Below, in pieces: positions 18,224-29,688 of a stretch of DNA of 64,000 nt. Position numbers and translations under genes: made by a program. The notes below the pieces were generated by a model. It saw only the letters and a program-made list of their open reading frames with translations, did not search any database and had not been told where the DNA came from. Positions within the stretch are counted from its first letter, which is position 1. The number at the start of each line of letters is the position of its first letter. Source of the DNA: Nitriliruptoria bacterium (GTDB lineage: Bacteria > Actinomycetota > Nitriliruptoria > Euzebyales > Egibacteraceae); NCBI GenBank assembly GCA_003550425.1, contig PUKE01000090.1:31231-95230 (forward strand). Reading direction: 5' to 3'.

Positions 18224-19345
18224 TCAGGCGAGCACGGCCCGCACGAGCGCATCGGCGCGGGCCATGCCCTCTCGGGTGGGGCGCAGCACGGCCCCGTCGT
18301 CGAGCAGCAGGCCCGCGCGCACGAGGTCGCGGCAGGCGCGCTCGTCGATCGGACCGATGGCGCCGCGCGCGACGCCCTCGGTGGTGCGCAGGCCCGTCAG
18401 GGCCCGCTCGACGCGGCGCTGCTGCGCGGAGACCTCCTCTCCCCCACCGATCGGGTCGCCGTCCGCGACGCCCTCGAGCCAGGCGTGGGTGGCGCGTCGC
18501 TCCCACCAGCGCCGACCCTCGCGGTGGCTGTGGGCACCGGCGCCGACGCCGAGGTAGTCCCCGCCGCCCCACGTGTCGAGGTTGTGCTGGCAGCGCGAGC
18601 CCGGCAGCGCCCAGTTGGAGGTCTCGTAGCGCTCGTAGCCGCTGGCGGCCAGGCGCGCGTCCGCGTCCTCCATCCGCTCCGCGGCGACGTCGTCGTCAGG
18701 AGCCGGCCGCTCCCCCAGCGTCACCTGGCGCCAGTAGGGCGTGCCCGGCGACAGGGTCAGCGCGTAGCAGGACACGTGGGTCGGCGCGAGCGCGAGGGCG
18801 GCCTCGAGGGTGTCGCGCCAGGACGCGGCGGTCTCGCCTGGGGCGCCATAGATCAGGTCGAGGTTGAGCTCGGCGATCCCGGCGCCGCGCAGGGCCGCCA
18901 CCGCCGCCGGCACGGTCGACGGATCGTGGAGGCGGTCCAGGAAGCCCAGGACGCTGGCGTCGAACGACTGGGCGCCGAGGCTCGCTCGGGTCACCCCGGC
19001 CGCGGCGAGCCCCTCGGCGAGGGCGCCGTCCACGTCCTCGGGGTTGAGCTCGACGGTGACCTCGGCGTCGGCGGTGATCGGCAGCCGCTCCCGTGCCGCG
19101 GCGAGCACCGCGCCGAGCTGGTCGGCCGACAGCTGCGAGGGCGTGCCGCCGCCAACGAACACGCTGGCCATCGCCGGCCAGTCCTGTCCGGCGACCTGGC
19201 CGAGCCGCTGCACGAGGGCGTCCACGTAGCGTTGGCGCAGCGCGCCGTCGTGGCCGGTCAGCACGTTGAAGTCGCAGTAGCCGCAGCGGTGGCGGCAGAA
19301 GGGGACGTGCAGGTAGAGGCCGGCCCGGGATGGCGCGCGCGCCAC
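18224..19345 (-). CDS. hemW: radical SAM heme chaperone HemW (HemN-like, oxygen-independent coproporphyrinogen oxidase family)
   Basis: LYLHVPFCRHRCGYCDF (CX3CX2C). GTG at 19345 lies 4 nt after the lepA stop. Conserved lepA-hemW pairing. Confidence 0.88.
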   Translation of the reverse strand: MARAPSRAGLYLHVPFCRHRCGYCDFNVLTGHDGALRQRYVDALVQRLGQVAGQDWPAMASVFVGGGTPSQLSADQLGAVLAAARERLPITADAEVTVELNPEDVDGALAEGLAAAGVTRASLGAQSFDASVLGFLDRLHDPSTVPAAVAALRGAGIAELNLDLIYGAPGETAASWRDTLEAALALAPTHVSCYALTLSPGTPYWRQVTLGERPAPDDDVAAERMEDADARLAASGYERYETSNWALPGSRCQHNLDTWGGGDYLGVGAGAHSHREGRRWWERRATHAWLEGVADGDPIGGGEEVSAQQRRVERALTGLRTTEGVARGAIGPIDERACRDLVRAGLLLDDGAVLRPTREGMARADALVRAVLA

Positions 19346-19349
19346 GGCG

Positions 19350-21182
<1,833 letters not shown>

Positions 21183-21312
21183 GGTCCACCTGGGTCGGGG
21201 CCGGACGGGCGCACCGGCGATCCGACGGGCTGGGCGACGCGCCGGCGCGCGGTGGCACGGGGACCAGGCTACCGAGGCGCGCCCGACCGGGCGCGCGTGG
21301 GCACGGGGCGCG

Positions 21313-21341
21313 TGGACACCCCGCAGCCCGCGACCTAGACT
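21313..21341 (+). promoter_or_regulatory. candidate promoter of rpsT
   Basis: TGGACA-(17 nt)-TAGACT, about 75 nt upstream of the rpsT ATG, in the lepA/rpsT divergent region. Confidence 0.45.
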
Positions 21342-21415
21342 CATGGCTTGGCCGGCGCCACCACGGCTGCCGCCGCGACGACCTCACCCCGACCCTCGAG
21401 CCAGGCAGCGACGCC

Positions 21416-21682
21416 ATGCCCAACATCACCAGCCAGGCCAAGCGCGACCGCCAGAACAAGGAGCGGCGGCTGCGCAACAAGGCGCGCCGCACCAACGTGC
21501 GGACCCACATGAAGCGCTTCCACAAGGCGGTGGACGACGGCGACGCCGCCGCGGCCCAGGAGCACTACCGCAAGGCCGCGCGCCGCCTCGACCAGGCCGC
21601 CAGCAAGGGCGTGCTCCACCGCAACTACGCCGCCAACAAGAAGTCGCGCATGGCCAAGCGGCTCGAGTCCCTCTCGAGCTGA
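21416..21682 (+). CDS. rpsT: 30S ribosomal protein S20
   Basis: 88 aa. MPNITSQAKRDRQNKERRLRNKARRTNVRT... is the typical S20 basic N-terminus. Confidence 0.95.
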   Translation: MPNITSQAKRDRQNKERRLRNKARRTNVRTHMKRFHKAVDDGDAAAAQEHYRKAARRLDQAASKGVLHRNYAANKKSRMAKRLESLSS

Positions 21683-21699
21683 CCATCGCTGCCGCACCC

Positions 21700-22509
21700 G
21701 TGCCGCCCCCTGCGTCGCGCCCCGACGCGCTGGCGGCGCGCTATCCCGGGGTGGTGCTCGACATCGACGGGTGCCTCATGCGGGGCCTGACGCCCGTGCC
21801 GGGGGCGGCCGCGACCCTGTCCGCGCTGCGCGAGCAGGGGCTCGGGCCGGTGCTGGCCACCAACAACGCCTCGCGCTCGCCCGAGGAGGTCGCGGCGTGG
21901 CTGGCCGGGGCCGGGCTGCCGGTCGAGCCCGAGCAGATCGTCACCTCGGTGCACGCCGCCGCGTCGTTGCTCGCAAGCGACGAGCGCGTCCTCGTCCAGG
22001 GCACCCGGGCGCTGCGCGAGGGCCTCGAGGCGCGTGGCGTGACGACCATCGACGACTGGCGCCGCGCCGACGTGGTGGTCGCCGGCTTCAACCCGGAGCT
22101 GCGCTACGCCCACCTGCGCGACTCGGCGCTGGCGATCCAGCACGGCGCCCGCTTCGTGGCCACCAACGTCGACCCGACGATCCCCACCGAGGACGGCCTG
22201 TGGCCGGCCAACGGCTCCCTCTGCGCCCTGCTGACCACCACCACCGGGGTGGCGCCGGAGGTCGCGGGCAAGCCGCAGCGCATGCTCATCGACGAGGCCG
22301 CCGCGCGCCTGCCCGACCCCACCGGACGACCGCTGGTGGTCGGCGACCGTCTGGACACCGACGTCGCCGCGGGCGTGGCCGCGGGCTGCGACACCGCGCT
22401 GGTGCTCACCGGCGCCGCTGACGCCGACGCCGCGCGCGCCGCCGATCCGGCCCCGACGTGGGTCCTCGACGACGTCGGGGGCCTCCTGCGCCCCGCGCCC
22501 ACCGACTGA
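21700..22509 (+). CDS. HAD-IIA family hydrolase (NagD / p-nitrophenylphosphatase-like)
   Basis: HAD motifs VVLDIDGCL (DxDG), LATNNAS, GKP and VVGDRLDTD. Start set at the first in-frame GTG after the rpsT stop (21700); start uncertain. Confidence 0.8.
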   Translation: MPPPASRPDALAARYPGVVLDIDGCLMRGLTPVPGAAATLSALREQGLGPVLATNNASRSPEEVAAWLAGAGLPVEPEQIVTSVHAAASLLASDERVLVQGTRALREGLEARGVTTIDDWRRADVVVAGFNPELRYAHLRDSALAIQHGARFVATNVDPTIPTEDGLWPANGSLCALLTTTTGVAPEVAGKPQRMLIDEAAARLPDPTGRPLVVGDRLDTDVAAGVAAGCDTALVLTGAADADAARAADPAPTWVLDDVGGLLRPAPTD

Positions 22510-22557
22510 CGCGGGCGGTGCGGCGACTCCCTATGAGTGTCGACGCGCGGCGTCGCG

Positions 22558-23817
22558 TCAGCCCGTGCGCGCCACGTCGGGCACCACCCGACGCGGGTCC
22601 CGGCCCGCGTGCCCCTCGGCCAGGGCGAGCACCGCGCGCTCCAGCACCAGCTCGGGGGGCAGGTCGCCGCCCTTCATCTCGGCATCGGCGTCGGCGAGGA
22701 CCCGCATCGCGCGCGTGAGCTCGCCGGGCGCGGCCGCCTTGCGGATCTTGTCCAGCAGCCACACCTGACCGGGGCTGACCTTGATGCCCGCGCGCCGCGA
22801 GGCGAAGGACGCCAGCGCCTCGTTCTCAGTGGGGTCCTTGGGCGCCGAAGGCTTGCGGCCCGCCTTCTTGCCCTGCGCCACCCTCTCCTCGTAGCGCGCC
22901 AGGTCACGCTCGTACTTGCGCTCGCGCTCCTCGCGGAGGCGCTCGCGCTCCTCGGGCACCTCGTGGCGAAAGGCGGCCACCGCGATCGTTGCGCGCACGC
23001 GGCTGGCGAGCATGCCGAGCACCATCAGCGGCTCCGCCCCGCCGCCCAGCGCGCCGCGCAGCGCGCGCAGGGCCGCTTGCGCATCGCGGTCGACGAGCGC
23101 GGCGTCGGCGACCTGGAAGGCGGTGGCCGTGCCGACCCCCTCGACGGCGGCCTCGACGTGCTCGGCGGTCAGCGGGTCGGCGCTGGTCGCGGCCACCACC
23201 GACGCGGCCTTCTGGGCGATCGCGGCGAGGTCCATGCCCGCCACGGCGAACAGCGCGTCGACGGCGTCGTTGCGCACGGTGCGCCCGTGGCGCTCCAGCT
23301 CGCTGCGGACGAGCTGCTTCCAGTCCCCCTCGCGGAAGGGCGGCGGCAGGCTCACCTTGGTCTCGCCCCCCGCGCGCTTGATGGCGCGCGCCAGCTCGGC
23401 GCGGGCGCTCAGGCGCTCCTCCTCCTCGTCCGCGTCCGCGTCCGCCTCGTCCTCGTCGTCGCCCTGGCCTTGGCCCTGGCTCTGCTCCTGGCCCGACGGC
23501 TCGAGGCTGCGCGTGGTCAACAGCAGGACCAGCGCCTCCAGCGGCTCCTCCAGCGCCGCGAGCAGGTCGCGCGCGCGGGCGGCGGGCAGCTGGTGGGCCT
23601 CGCGGATCACCACGGCCTGGGGGGCGCCGAACAGCGAGGGGGTGCGGATGTCGGGCAGGCCCTGCTCGCCGAGGTCACGCGCGGTGACGTCGGTGACGTC
23701 CAGCCCGCCGTGCGCAACCCGCTCGGCCTCGAGGAGCTCCTCGGCCGCCCGGGACACCAGCAGCTCGCCGTCACGGGGGCCGTGGATCAGCCGGATGCGC
23801 GGGGGCGCCTGGGTCAT
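22558..23817 (-). CDS. holA: DNA polymerase III delta subunit (HolA) with two charged low-complexity insertions
   Basis: ATG at 23817. N-terminus IRLIHGPRDGELLVSRAAEELL...TPSLFGAPQAVVIREAH is delta-like. Position next to rpsT matches the conserved comEC-holA-rpsT order. Confidence 0.8.
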   Translation of the reverse strand: MTQAPPRIRLIHGPRDGELLVSRAAEELLEAERVAHGGLDVTDVTARDLGEQGLPDIRTPSLFGAPQAVVIREAHQLPAARARDLLAALEEPLEALVLLLTTRSLEPSGQEQSQGQGQGDDEDEADADADEEEERLSARAELARAIKRAGGETKVSLPPPFREGDWKQLVRSELERHGRTVRNDAVDALFAVAGMDLAAIAQKAASVVAATSADPLTAEHVEAAVEGVGTATAFQVADAALVDRDAQAALRALRGALGGGAEPLMVLGMLASRVRATIAVAAFRHEVPEERERLREERERKYERDLARYEERVAQGKKAGRKPSAPKDPTENEALASFASRRAGIKVSPGQVWLLDKIRKAAAPGELTRAMRVLADADAEMKGGDLPPELVLERAVLALAEGHAGRDPRRVVPDVARTG

Positions 23818-23882
23818 GGGCCCTGCCTTGATCGTCCGGTGTAGGGTGCCGCCGTTCGAGCCGTCGAGCCTAGGAGGACGCG

Positions 23883-24500
23883 GTGACGCTTGCGATCCTC
23901 GCACGAGATCCCGACACCGGCGCCCTCGGGGTGGCCGCGGCGAGCGCGTCGACGGCGGTCGGCGCGCAGGTCGGCGCGGCGCGCGCGGGCGTGGGCGCCG
24001 TGGCGGTCCTCGGACCGGGCGCCGAGGCGGACGAGGCCGTCGGCCTGTCGGCCCTGGCGGCCGGGTGGAGCGTCGAGGCCGCGCTGGGCGCCCAGCTCGC
24101 CCATCCCGACGCGTCGGCGTGGCAGTGCCTCGTGCTCACCGCCCGCGGGCAGGTGGCCGGCCACACCGGGCAGGACTGCCCGCCGGCGTGCGATCACGGG
24201 CTCCGGGCCGGGGTCGGCGCCGCCGGGAGCGCGCTGGCGGCACCGGGCGCCGTGGCCGCCCTGCTGGCCGGCTGGGGCCAGGCCGAGGGCGACCTGGCGG
24301 CGCGGCTGGTCGGCGCGCTGCGCTCCGGCCTGGCCGCCGGTGGCAACGCGGCGCCGACGCGCTCGGCCGCCCTGCGCGTGGTCGCCCCGGCCGACCCGCA
24401 GGCGCCGCCCGACCAGCCCGTGCGCCCCGACGCCCGGGACCTGCGCGTCGACGACCACGCCGACCCGGTCGGCGAGCTGGCGCGCCTGCTGGCGTCGTAG
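23883..24500 (+). CDS. DUF1028 family (Ntn-hydrolase-like) protein
   Basis: 205 aa, GTG start. MTLAILARDPDTGALGVAAAS...RAGVGAVAV matches the DUF1028 N-terminal signature (Thr2 after Met). Confidence 0.75.
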   Translation: MTLAILARDPDTGALGVAAASASTAVGAQVGAARAGVGAVAVLGPGAEADEAVGLSALAAGWSVEAALGAQLAHPDASAWQCLVLTARGQVAGHTGQDCPPACDHGLRAGVGAAGSALAAPGAVAALLAGWGQAEGDLAARLVGALRSGLAAGGNAAPTRSAALRVVAPADPQAPPDQPVRPDARDLRVDDHADPVGELARLLAS

Positions 24501-24508
24501 GCGCGGGG

Positions 24509-26368
24509 TCAGCCCTCGAGCACGCTCTCGGGGTCGGGCACCAGGTCGGTGCTCGGGCGCTCGGCACCGGGCGGGGTGATGCGCGGGCGCCAGGCGCTGG
24601 TCAGCGGCTGACGCCGATCGCGGCCAAAGGCCAGCGCCGTCACCTTCGGCCCCGGCGGCGCCTGCTGCCGCGTGCCCTCGTTGGCCTCCACGAGGTCGGC
24701 CACGCGCTGCACCACGTCGGGATCGAAGCCGGCGTCGGCGACCTCGTCCGGTGACTGCGCCAGCTCGACCAGGCGCTCCAGCACCGCGTCGATCACGGCG
24801 TAGGTCGCGGGCAGCTCGCGGTCGGGACGGTCGGGGGTGCGGCGGGCGCTGGGCTCCTTGGTGATGATGCGCTCGGGGATCGGCTCGCCGTCGAGGCGCC
24901 AGCCGAACGCTGTGCCCTTCACCGAGTTGCGCCAGCGCGCGAGGGCGAACACCAGGGTCTTGGGCACGTCGGCCAGCGGGGCGTAGGCCCCGGCCAGGTC
25001 GCCGTAGAGGTGGCCGTAGCCCACCGCCAGCTCGGTCTTGTTGCTGGTGGCCATCAGCAGGGCATCGTGGTGCTCGGCGAGCGCCGACAGCATGCTGGTG
25101 CGCAGCCGAGGCGCGACGCCCTCGGCGGCGGCCCCGAGCCGGTCGGAGGCCACCCCGAGCAGCTCGGCGATGCCGGCGGTCTCGAGGCGGCACAGCTCCT
25201 CGATGCTGTGGCGGTCGTAGGCGATCCCCAGGCGCTCTGCCTGCTCGGTGGCGTCGGCGACGTCCACCTCCCGCGTGGCCGGCCCCTGCAGCATCACGCC
25301 CCAGACGTGGTCGGGGCCGAGCGCGTCGGCGAGGATCGTGGCGACCAGCGAGCTGTCGATGCCGCCCGACAGGCCGAGCACCACCGACTCGGCGCCCTGC
25401 CCGGAGACGAAGTCGGCCGCCCCGCGCACCAGCGCGCGGTAGACCTCCTCGAGGTCGTCGAGGTCGTGGTCGGGCGTGGGCGCGGCGGGGGCCGGCTGCT
25501 TCGCCGCCGGCGTGGGGCGGCACACGAACCGCCGGGGCCGTTCGCTGGTCGGGTGAACCAGCGGCGCGTCGACCACGACGCCGGCCTCCTCGAACTGCGG
25601 CGCCTTGGCGAGGATCTCGCCGTCCGCGCCGGCGATGAGCGAGCCACCGTCGAACACGATCTCGTCCTGGCCGCCCACGAGGTTCGAGTAGACCACCGGC
25701 ATGCCACAGCGCTTGGCGGTGTCGGCGACCACCGACTCCCGCTGGGCGGCCTTGCCGCGATGGAACGGGCTGGCGTTGGCGCTGGCGAGCACCTGGGCAC
25801 GGTCGGTGGCGAAGCCGTCGGGCACGTCGGGGCGCCACAGGTCCTCGCAGACCAGCACGCCGACGTCCGCGCCGTGCATCGCCCAGGTCCAGCCGCTCTC
25901 GCCGGTCTCGGCACCCGAGGCGAAGTACCGGCGCTCGTCGAAGACGCCGTAGTTGGGCAGCAGCACCTTGTGCACGCGCCCGCGCACCTGGCCCCCGTAC
26001 AGGATCCCGACCGCGTTGGCGAGGTAGCGCGGCGCGCTGTCGGACACGGCGTGCTCGGCGACGGCGTCGACGAAGCCGACGACCGTCACGCAGCTGCCCG
26101 ACACCCCGGCGAGGTCCTGGAGCACCGCCAGGTTCGCGTCGACGAAGCCGGGGGTGAGCAGCAGGTCCTCGGGCGGGTAGCCGGTGATGGCCAGCTCGGG
26201 CAGCACCAGGAGGTCGGCCTGGACCTCCTCGGCCCACTGCATCATCTCCGTGAGCCGCTGCCGGTTGCCCGACAGGTCGCCCACGGGCAGGAAGGGCTGG
26301 CCGACCGCGACCCGCAGGGAGCCGTGGGGGCCGTGGGGGTGGCCGTTGGGGGATGCGAGATGCGCCAT
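24509..26368 (-). CDS. nadE: glutamine-dependent NAD+ synthetase
   Basis: 619 aa. N-terminal CN-hydrolase (glutaminase) domain, then a synthetase domain with the VVLGLSGGIDSSLVA P-loop. ATG preceded by GGAGGAGGA. Confidence 0.93.
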   Translation of the reverse strand: MAHLASPNGHPHGPHGSLRVAVGQPFLPVGDLSGNRQRLTEMMQWAEEVQADLLVLPELAITGYPPEDLLLTPGFVDANLAVLQDLAGVSGSCVTVVGFVDAVAEHAVSDSAPRYLANAVGILYGGQVRGRVHKVLLPNYGVFDERRYFASGAETGESGWTWAMHGADVGVLVCEDLWRPDVPDGFATDRAQVLASANASPFHRGKAAQRESVVADTAKRCGMPVVYSNLVGGQDEIVFDGGSLIAGADGEILAKAPQFEEAGVVVDAPLVHPTSERPRRFVCRPTPAAKQPAPAAPTPDHDLDDLEEVYRALVRGAADFVSGQGAESVVLGLSGGIDSSLVATILADALGPDHVWGVMLQGPATREVDVADATEQAERLGIAYDRHSIEELCRLETAGIAELLGVASDRLGAAAEGVAPRLRTSMLSALAEHHDALLMATSNKTELAVGYGHLYGDLAGAYAPLADVPKTLVFALARWRNSVKGTAFGWRLDGEPIPERIITKEPSARRTPDRPDRELPATYAVIDAVLERLVELAQSPDEVADAGFDPDVVQRVADLVEANEGTRQQAPPGPKVTALAFGRDRRQPLTSAWRPRITPPGAERPSTDLVPDPESVLEG

Positions 26369-26448
26369 GGGTCCTCCTCCTGCGCGAGGTCGCGCAGCGA
26401 GCCGGGAGACGGGTGGGTGCGGTGGGTGCGAGGGGCGAGGAGCGCGCC

Positions 26449-27120
26449 CTACCGGCCCGTGCGGGGGCGGATCAGGGTCAGCCCGTCGGCGACGGGCACG
26501 AGCACGACCTCCACCCTGGGATCAGCGACGACCTGCCGGTTGAACGCGTCGATCGCGCGGGCGTCGGACGAGTCCCCCGGGTCCAGGACCCGGCCGGCCG
26601 ACAGCGTGTTGTCCACGGCGATGAGGCCGTCGGTCGACAGGTGGGCCAGCAGCGCCTCGTAGTAGGCAGGGTAGCCGGCCTTGTCGGCGTCGACGAAGGC
26701 GAGGTCGACCGGGGCGTCGAGCGCGTCGAGCACCGCCGGGAGCCGCTCGTGGGCGTCGCCGAGGTGGAGGCTGATCCGATCCTCGAGGCCGGCGCGCTGC
26801 CAGTGCTCGCGCGCCACGGCGGTCCACTCCTCGCTGGCGTCGAAGCAGTGCAGGTGGCCGTCCGACGGCAGGCCTCGGGCCAGGCAGATCGAGGAGTAGC
26901 CGGTGAAGGTCCCAATCTCCACCGCGACCGTGGGGCGCAGCAGCGAGGCCAGCAGCTCCATGAGCGCGCCCTGCTCGGGCGCGATCGCCAGCCCGACGCG
27001 GTCGGGCCAGCGCGCTCGCGTCTGCTGCGCGACGCTGGTCAGCACCGCGTCCTCGGGGCGGCTGTGGGCCACGACGTAGCGGTGCAGCGCGTCGTCGAGG
27101 CCGAGGGTCTTGCTGCTCAT
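26449..27120 (-). CDS. class I SAM-dependent O-methyltransferase (caffeoyl-CoA OMT-like family)
   Basis: ATG at 27120 preceded by CAGGAG. VEIGTFTGYSS SAM motif and DLAFVDADK metal/cofactor motif. Confidence 0.88.
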   Translation of the reverse strand: MSSKTLGLDDALHRYVVAHSRPEDAVLTSVAQQTRARWPDRVGLAIAPEQGALMELLASLLRPTVAVEIGTFTGYSSICLARGLPSDGHLHCFDASEEWTAVAREHWQRAGLEDRISLHLGDAHERLPAVLDALDAPVDLAFVDADKAGYPAYYEALLAHLSTDGLIAVDNTLSAGRVLDPGDSSDARAIDAFNRQVVADPRVEVVLVPVADGLTLIRPRTGR

Positions 27121-27250
27121 CGTCGCTCCTGGCGGGCACGCTCGCACCACGGATCCCCGCACCGTAGCCCCCGCGTCGCGGGCGGGCCGCGCTGACGCCG
27201 ACCTCCCCCGCGGTCCTGTCGGCTGCGCGCCATGCTCTAGGCTGCGCGCC

Positions 27251-28381
27251 ATGTTCCCACCTGAGCGCATCCTGATGGGACCCGGTCCCAGCGACGTCCC
27301 CCCTGCGGTCCTGCAGGCCCAGGCCCAGCCCCTGCTGGGCCACCTCGACCCCGCGTTCACCCCCGTGCTGGAGCGCATCGCCGAGGGGCTGCGCACGGTG
27401 TTCCGCACCGCCAACCCGGTGACCTTCGCGGTCTCGGCCACCGGCATGGCCGGGATGGAGGCCGCGGTGGTCAACCTCGTCGAGCCCGGCGACGACGTGG
27501 TCGTGGGCGTGGCCGGCGTGTTCGGGGCGCGGATGGCCGAGGTCGCCCGCCGGGCGGGCGCCACCGTCCACACCGTCGAGGCGCCCTGGGGTCGCATCGT
27601 CGATCCCGAGGCCTTCGTCGCGGCGGTCCAGCGCCACCGGCCGCGGATGGCGGGCCTGGTGCACGCCGAGACCTCCACTGGCGTCCACCAGCCGGTGGCG
27701 GAGATCGGCGCGGCCCTGGCCGACACCGACACGCTGCTGGTGCTCGACACCGTGACGAGCCTCGCCGGCGCCGACGTTCGCGTCGACGACTGGGGCGTGG
27801 ACGTGGCCTACAGCGCCACGCAGAAGTGCCTGTCGGTCCCGCCCGGGCTCGCACCGATCACCTTCAGCGAGCAGGCGGTCCAGCGCGTGCGCGACCGCGC
27901 CACCCCGGTGCAGTCGTGGTACCTCGACCTCACGGGGCTGCTCGGCTACCTGGACGCCCAGGGTGGGCGCACCTACCACCACACCGCGCCGATCTCGGCG
28001 CTCTACGGGCTGGCGGCCGGCCTGGACCTCGTGGCCGACGAGGGGCTCGACGCGCGCCTGGCGCGCCATCAGCGGCTCGGCGCCATGCTCCACGAGGGAC
28101 TCGAGGCACTGGGCCTGGAGCTGCTCGCCCAGCCCGGCCATCGCCTGCCCCAGCTGACCACCGTGGCCCTGCCCGACGGCGTCGACGAGGCGGCCCTGCG
28201 CTCGCGGCTGCTCGCCGAGCACGGCATCGAGGTCGGTGCCGGCCTCGGCGACTTCGCCGGTCGCGCCTGGCGGATCGGGCTGATGGGCCGCTCGTGCACC
28301 GAGGGCAACGTGCGCCTGCTGCTGGCCGCGCTCGAGCGCCTGCTGGGCGAGGCTGCGGCCACCGCGGGGGCGAGGCCATGA
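27251..28381 (+). CDS. class V aminotransferase (alanine-glyoxylate / serine-pyruvate aminotransferase family)
   Basis: MFPPERILMGPGPSDVPPAVL... with PLP-lysine context YSATQKCLSVPPGLAPI. The stop overlaps the next start (ATGA at 28378). Confidence 0.88.
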   Translation: MFPPERILMGPGPSDVPPAVLQAQAQPLLGHLDPAFTPVLERIAEGLRTVFRTANPVTFAVSATGMAGMEAAVVNLVEPGDDVVVGVAGVFGARMAEVARRAGATVHTVEAPWGRIVDPEAFVAAVQRHRPRMAGLVHAETSTGVHQPVAEIGAALADTDTLLVLDTVTSLAGADVRVDDWGVDVAYSATQKCLSVPPGLAPITFSEQAVQRVRDRATPVQSWYLDLTGLLGYLDAQGGRTYHHTAPISALYGLAAGLDLVADEGLDARLARHQRLGAMLHEGLEALGLELLAQPGHRLPQLTTVALPDGVDEAALRSRLLAEHGIEVGAGLGDFAGRAWRIGLMGRSCTEGNVRLLLAALERLLGEAAATAGARP

Positions 28382-29688
28382 CCGCCACGCACGCCGAGCG
28401 GGCTGCGGCGCGGTTCCGAGAGGAGCCGTGGACCGCGGCCGTGATCGGCCTGGGCTACGTGGGGCTGCCGCTGGCGGTCACCGCCGTCCAGGCCGGGCTG
28501 CGCTGCATCGGCTTCGACGTGTCGCGGCTGGTGGTCGAGCAGCTGCGCGCGGGGCACAGCCACATCGGCGACGTGTCCCACGAGGAGCTCGCCGGCGCCT
28601 TGGCGAGCGGCCTCGAGGTGACCGACGAGCCGCAGCTGCTGTCGCAGGCCGACGCGATCCTCATCGCCGTGCCCAGCCCCTTGGGGCGCAACCGCCAGCC
28701 GGACATGAGCTACATCGAGTCCGCAGCGGAGACCGTCCGGGCCGTGGCCCGACCGGGGCAGCTCGTGTCGCTGGAGTCGACCACCTATCCGGGCACCACC
28801 GACGACCTCATCGTCCCCGCGGCCACCGCAGGCGGTCGCCAGCTCGACCGGGACGTGTTCGTGGCGTTCAGCCCCGAGCGCGTCGATCCCGGCAACGAGC
28901 GCACGACCGGGCAGATCCCCAAGGTCGTCGGCGGGGTGAGCGAGGCCTCGGGCGCGGTGGCCGAGGCCGCCTACCGACGGCTGGTCGCCGCGCTCCACCG
29001 CGTCTCCAGCGCGCGCGCCGCGGAGATGACCAAGCTGCTGGAGAACACCTACCGGGCGGTGAACATCGGGCTGATCAACGAGCTGGCCCAGCTGGCCCAC
29101 GAGCTCGACATCGACATCTGGGAGGTCGTCGACGCCGCCGACACCAAGCCCTTCGGCTTCCAGGCGTTCTACCCCGGCCCCGGCGTCGGCGGCCACTGCA
29201 TCCCCCTGGACCCGCAGTTCCTGGCCTGGCGCGCGCGCGAGGCGAAGTTCGCCACGCGCTTCATCGACCTCGCCGAGCAGGTCAACACCCGGATGCCGGC
29301 CTACAACGCAGACCGAGTCGCCGAGCTGCTGAACGCCCAGGGCCGGCCGGTGTGGGGCACGAGGATCCTCGGGGTGGGCGTGGCCTACAAGCCCAACGTC
29401 AGCGACGATCGCGAGTCGCCCGCCTGGGACGTGCTCGCCGAGCTCGCGCGCCGCGGCGCCGACATCGGGGTCCTGGACCCCCTGGTCGATCCCGAGCGCG
29501 TGGCCGAGCGCGGCTACCGCCCCGTGAACGGCTCGGGCAGCGTCAGCGACCACGCCCTGGCAGTGCTCCTGACCGACCACGACGACCTCGACCTGGCGCG
29601 GCTCGCCAAGGAGGTCCCCGCGGTGTTCGACACGCGCGGCGCCTATCGCAAGCGCGGCATCGACGCGCCCAACGTGACCGCGCTGTGA
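28378..29688 (+). CDS. nucleotide-sugar dehydrogenase (UDP-glucose/GDP-mannose dehydrogenase family)
   Basis: AVIGLGYVGLPLA Rossmann motif and catalytic Cys context GPGVGGHCIPLDP. Overlaps both neighbours (ATGA at the 5' end, GTGA at the 3' end). Confidence 0.9.
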   Translation: MTATHAERAAARFREEPWTAAVIGLGYVGLPLAVTAVQAGLRCIGFDVSRLVVEQLRAGHSHIGDVSHEELAGALASGLEVTDEPQLLSQADAILIAVPSPLGRNRQPDMSYIESAAETVRAVARPGQLVSLESTTYPGTTDDLIVPAATAGGRQLDRDVFVAFSPERVDPGNERTTGQIPKVVGGVSEASGAVAEAAYRRLVAALHRVSSARAAEMTKLLENTYRAVNIGLINELAQLAHELDIDIWEVVDAADTKPFGFQAFYPGPGVGGHCIPLDPQFLAWRAREAKFATRFIDLAEQVNTRMPAYNADRVAELLNAQGRPVWGTRILGVGVAYKPNVSDDRESPAWDVLAELARRGADIGVLDPLVDPERVAERGYRPVNGSGSVSDHALAVLLTDHDDLDLARLAKEVPAVFDTRGAYRKRGIDAPNVTAL

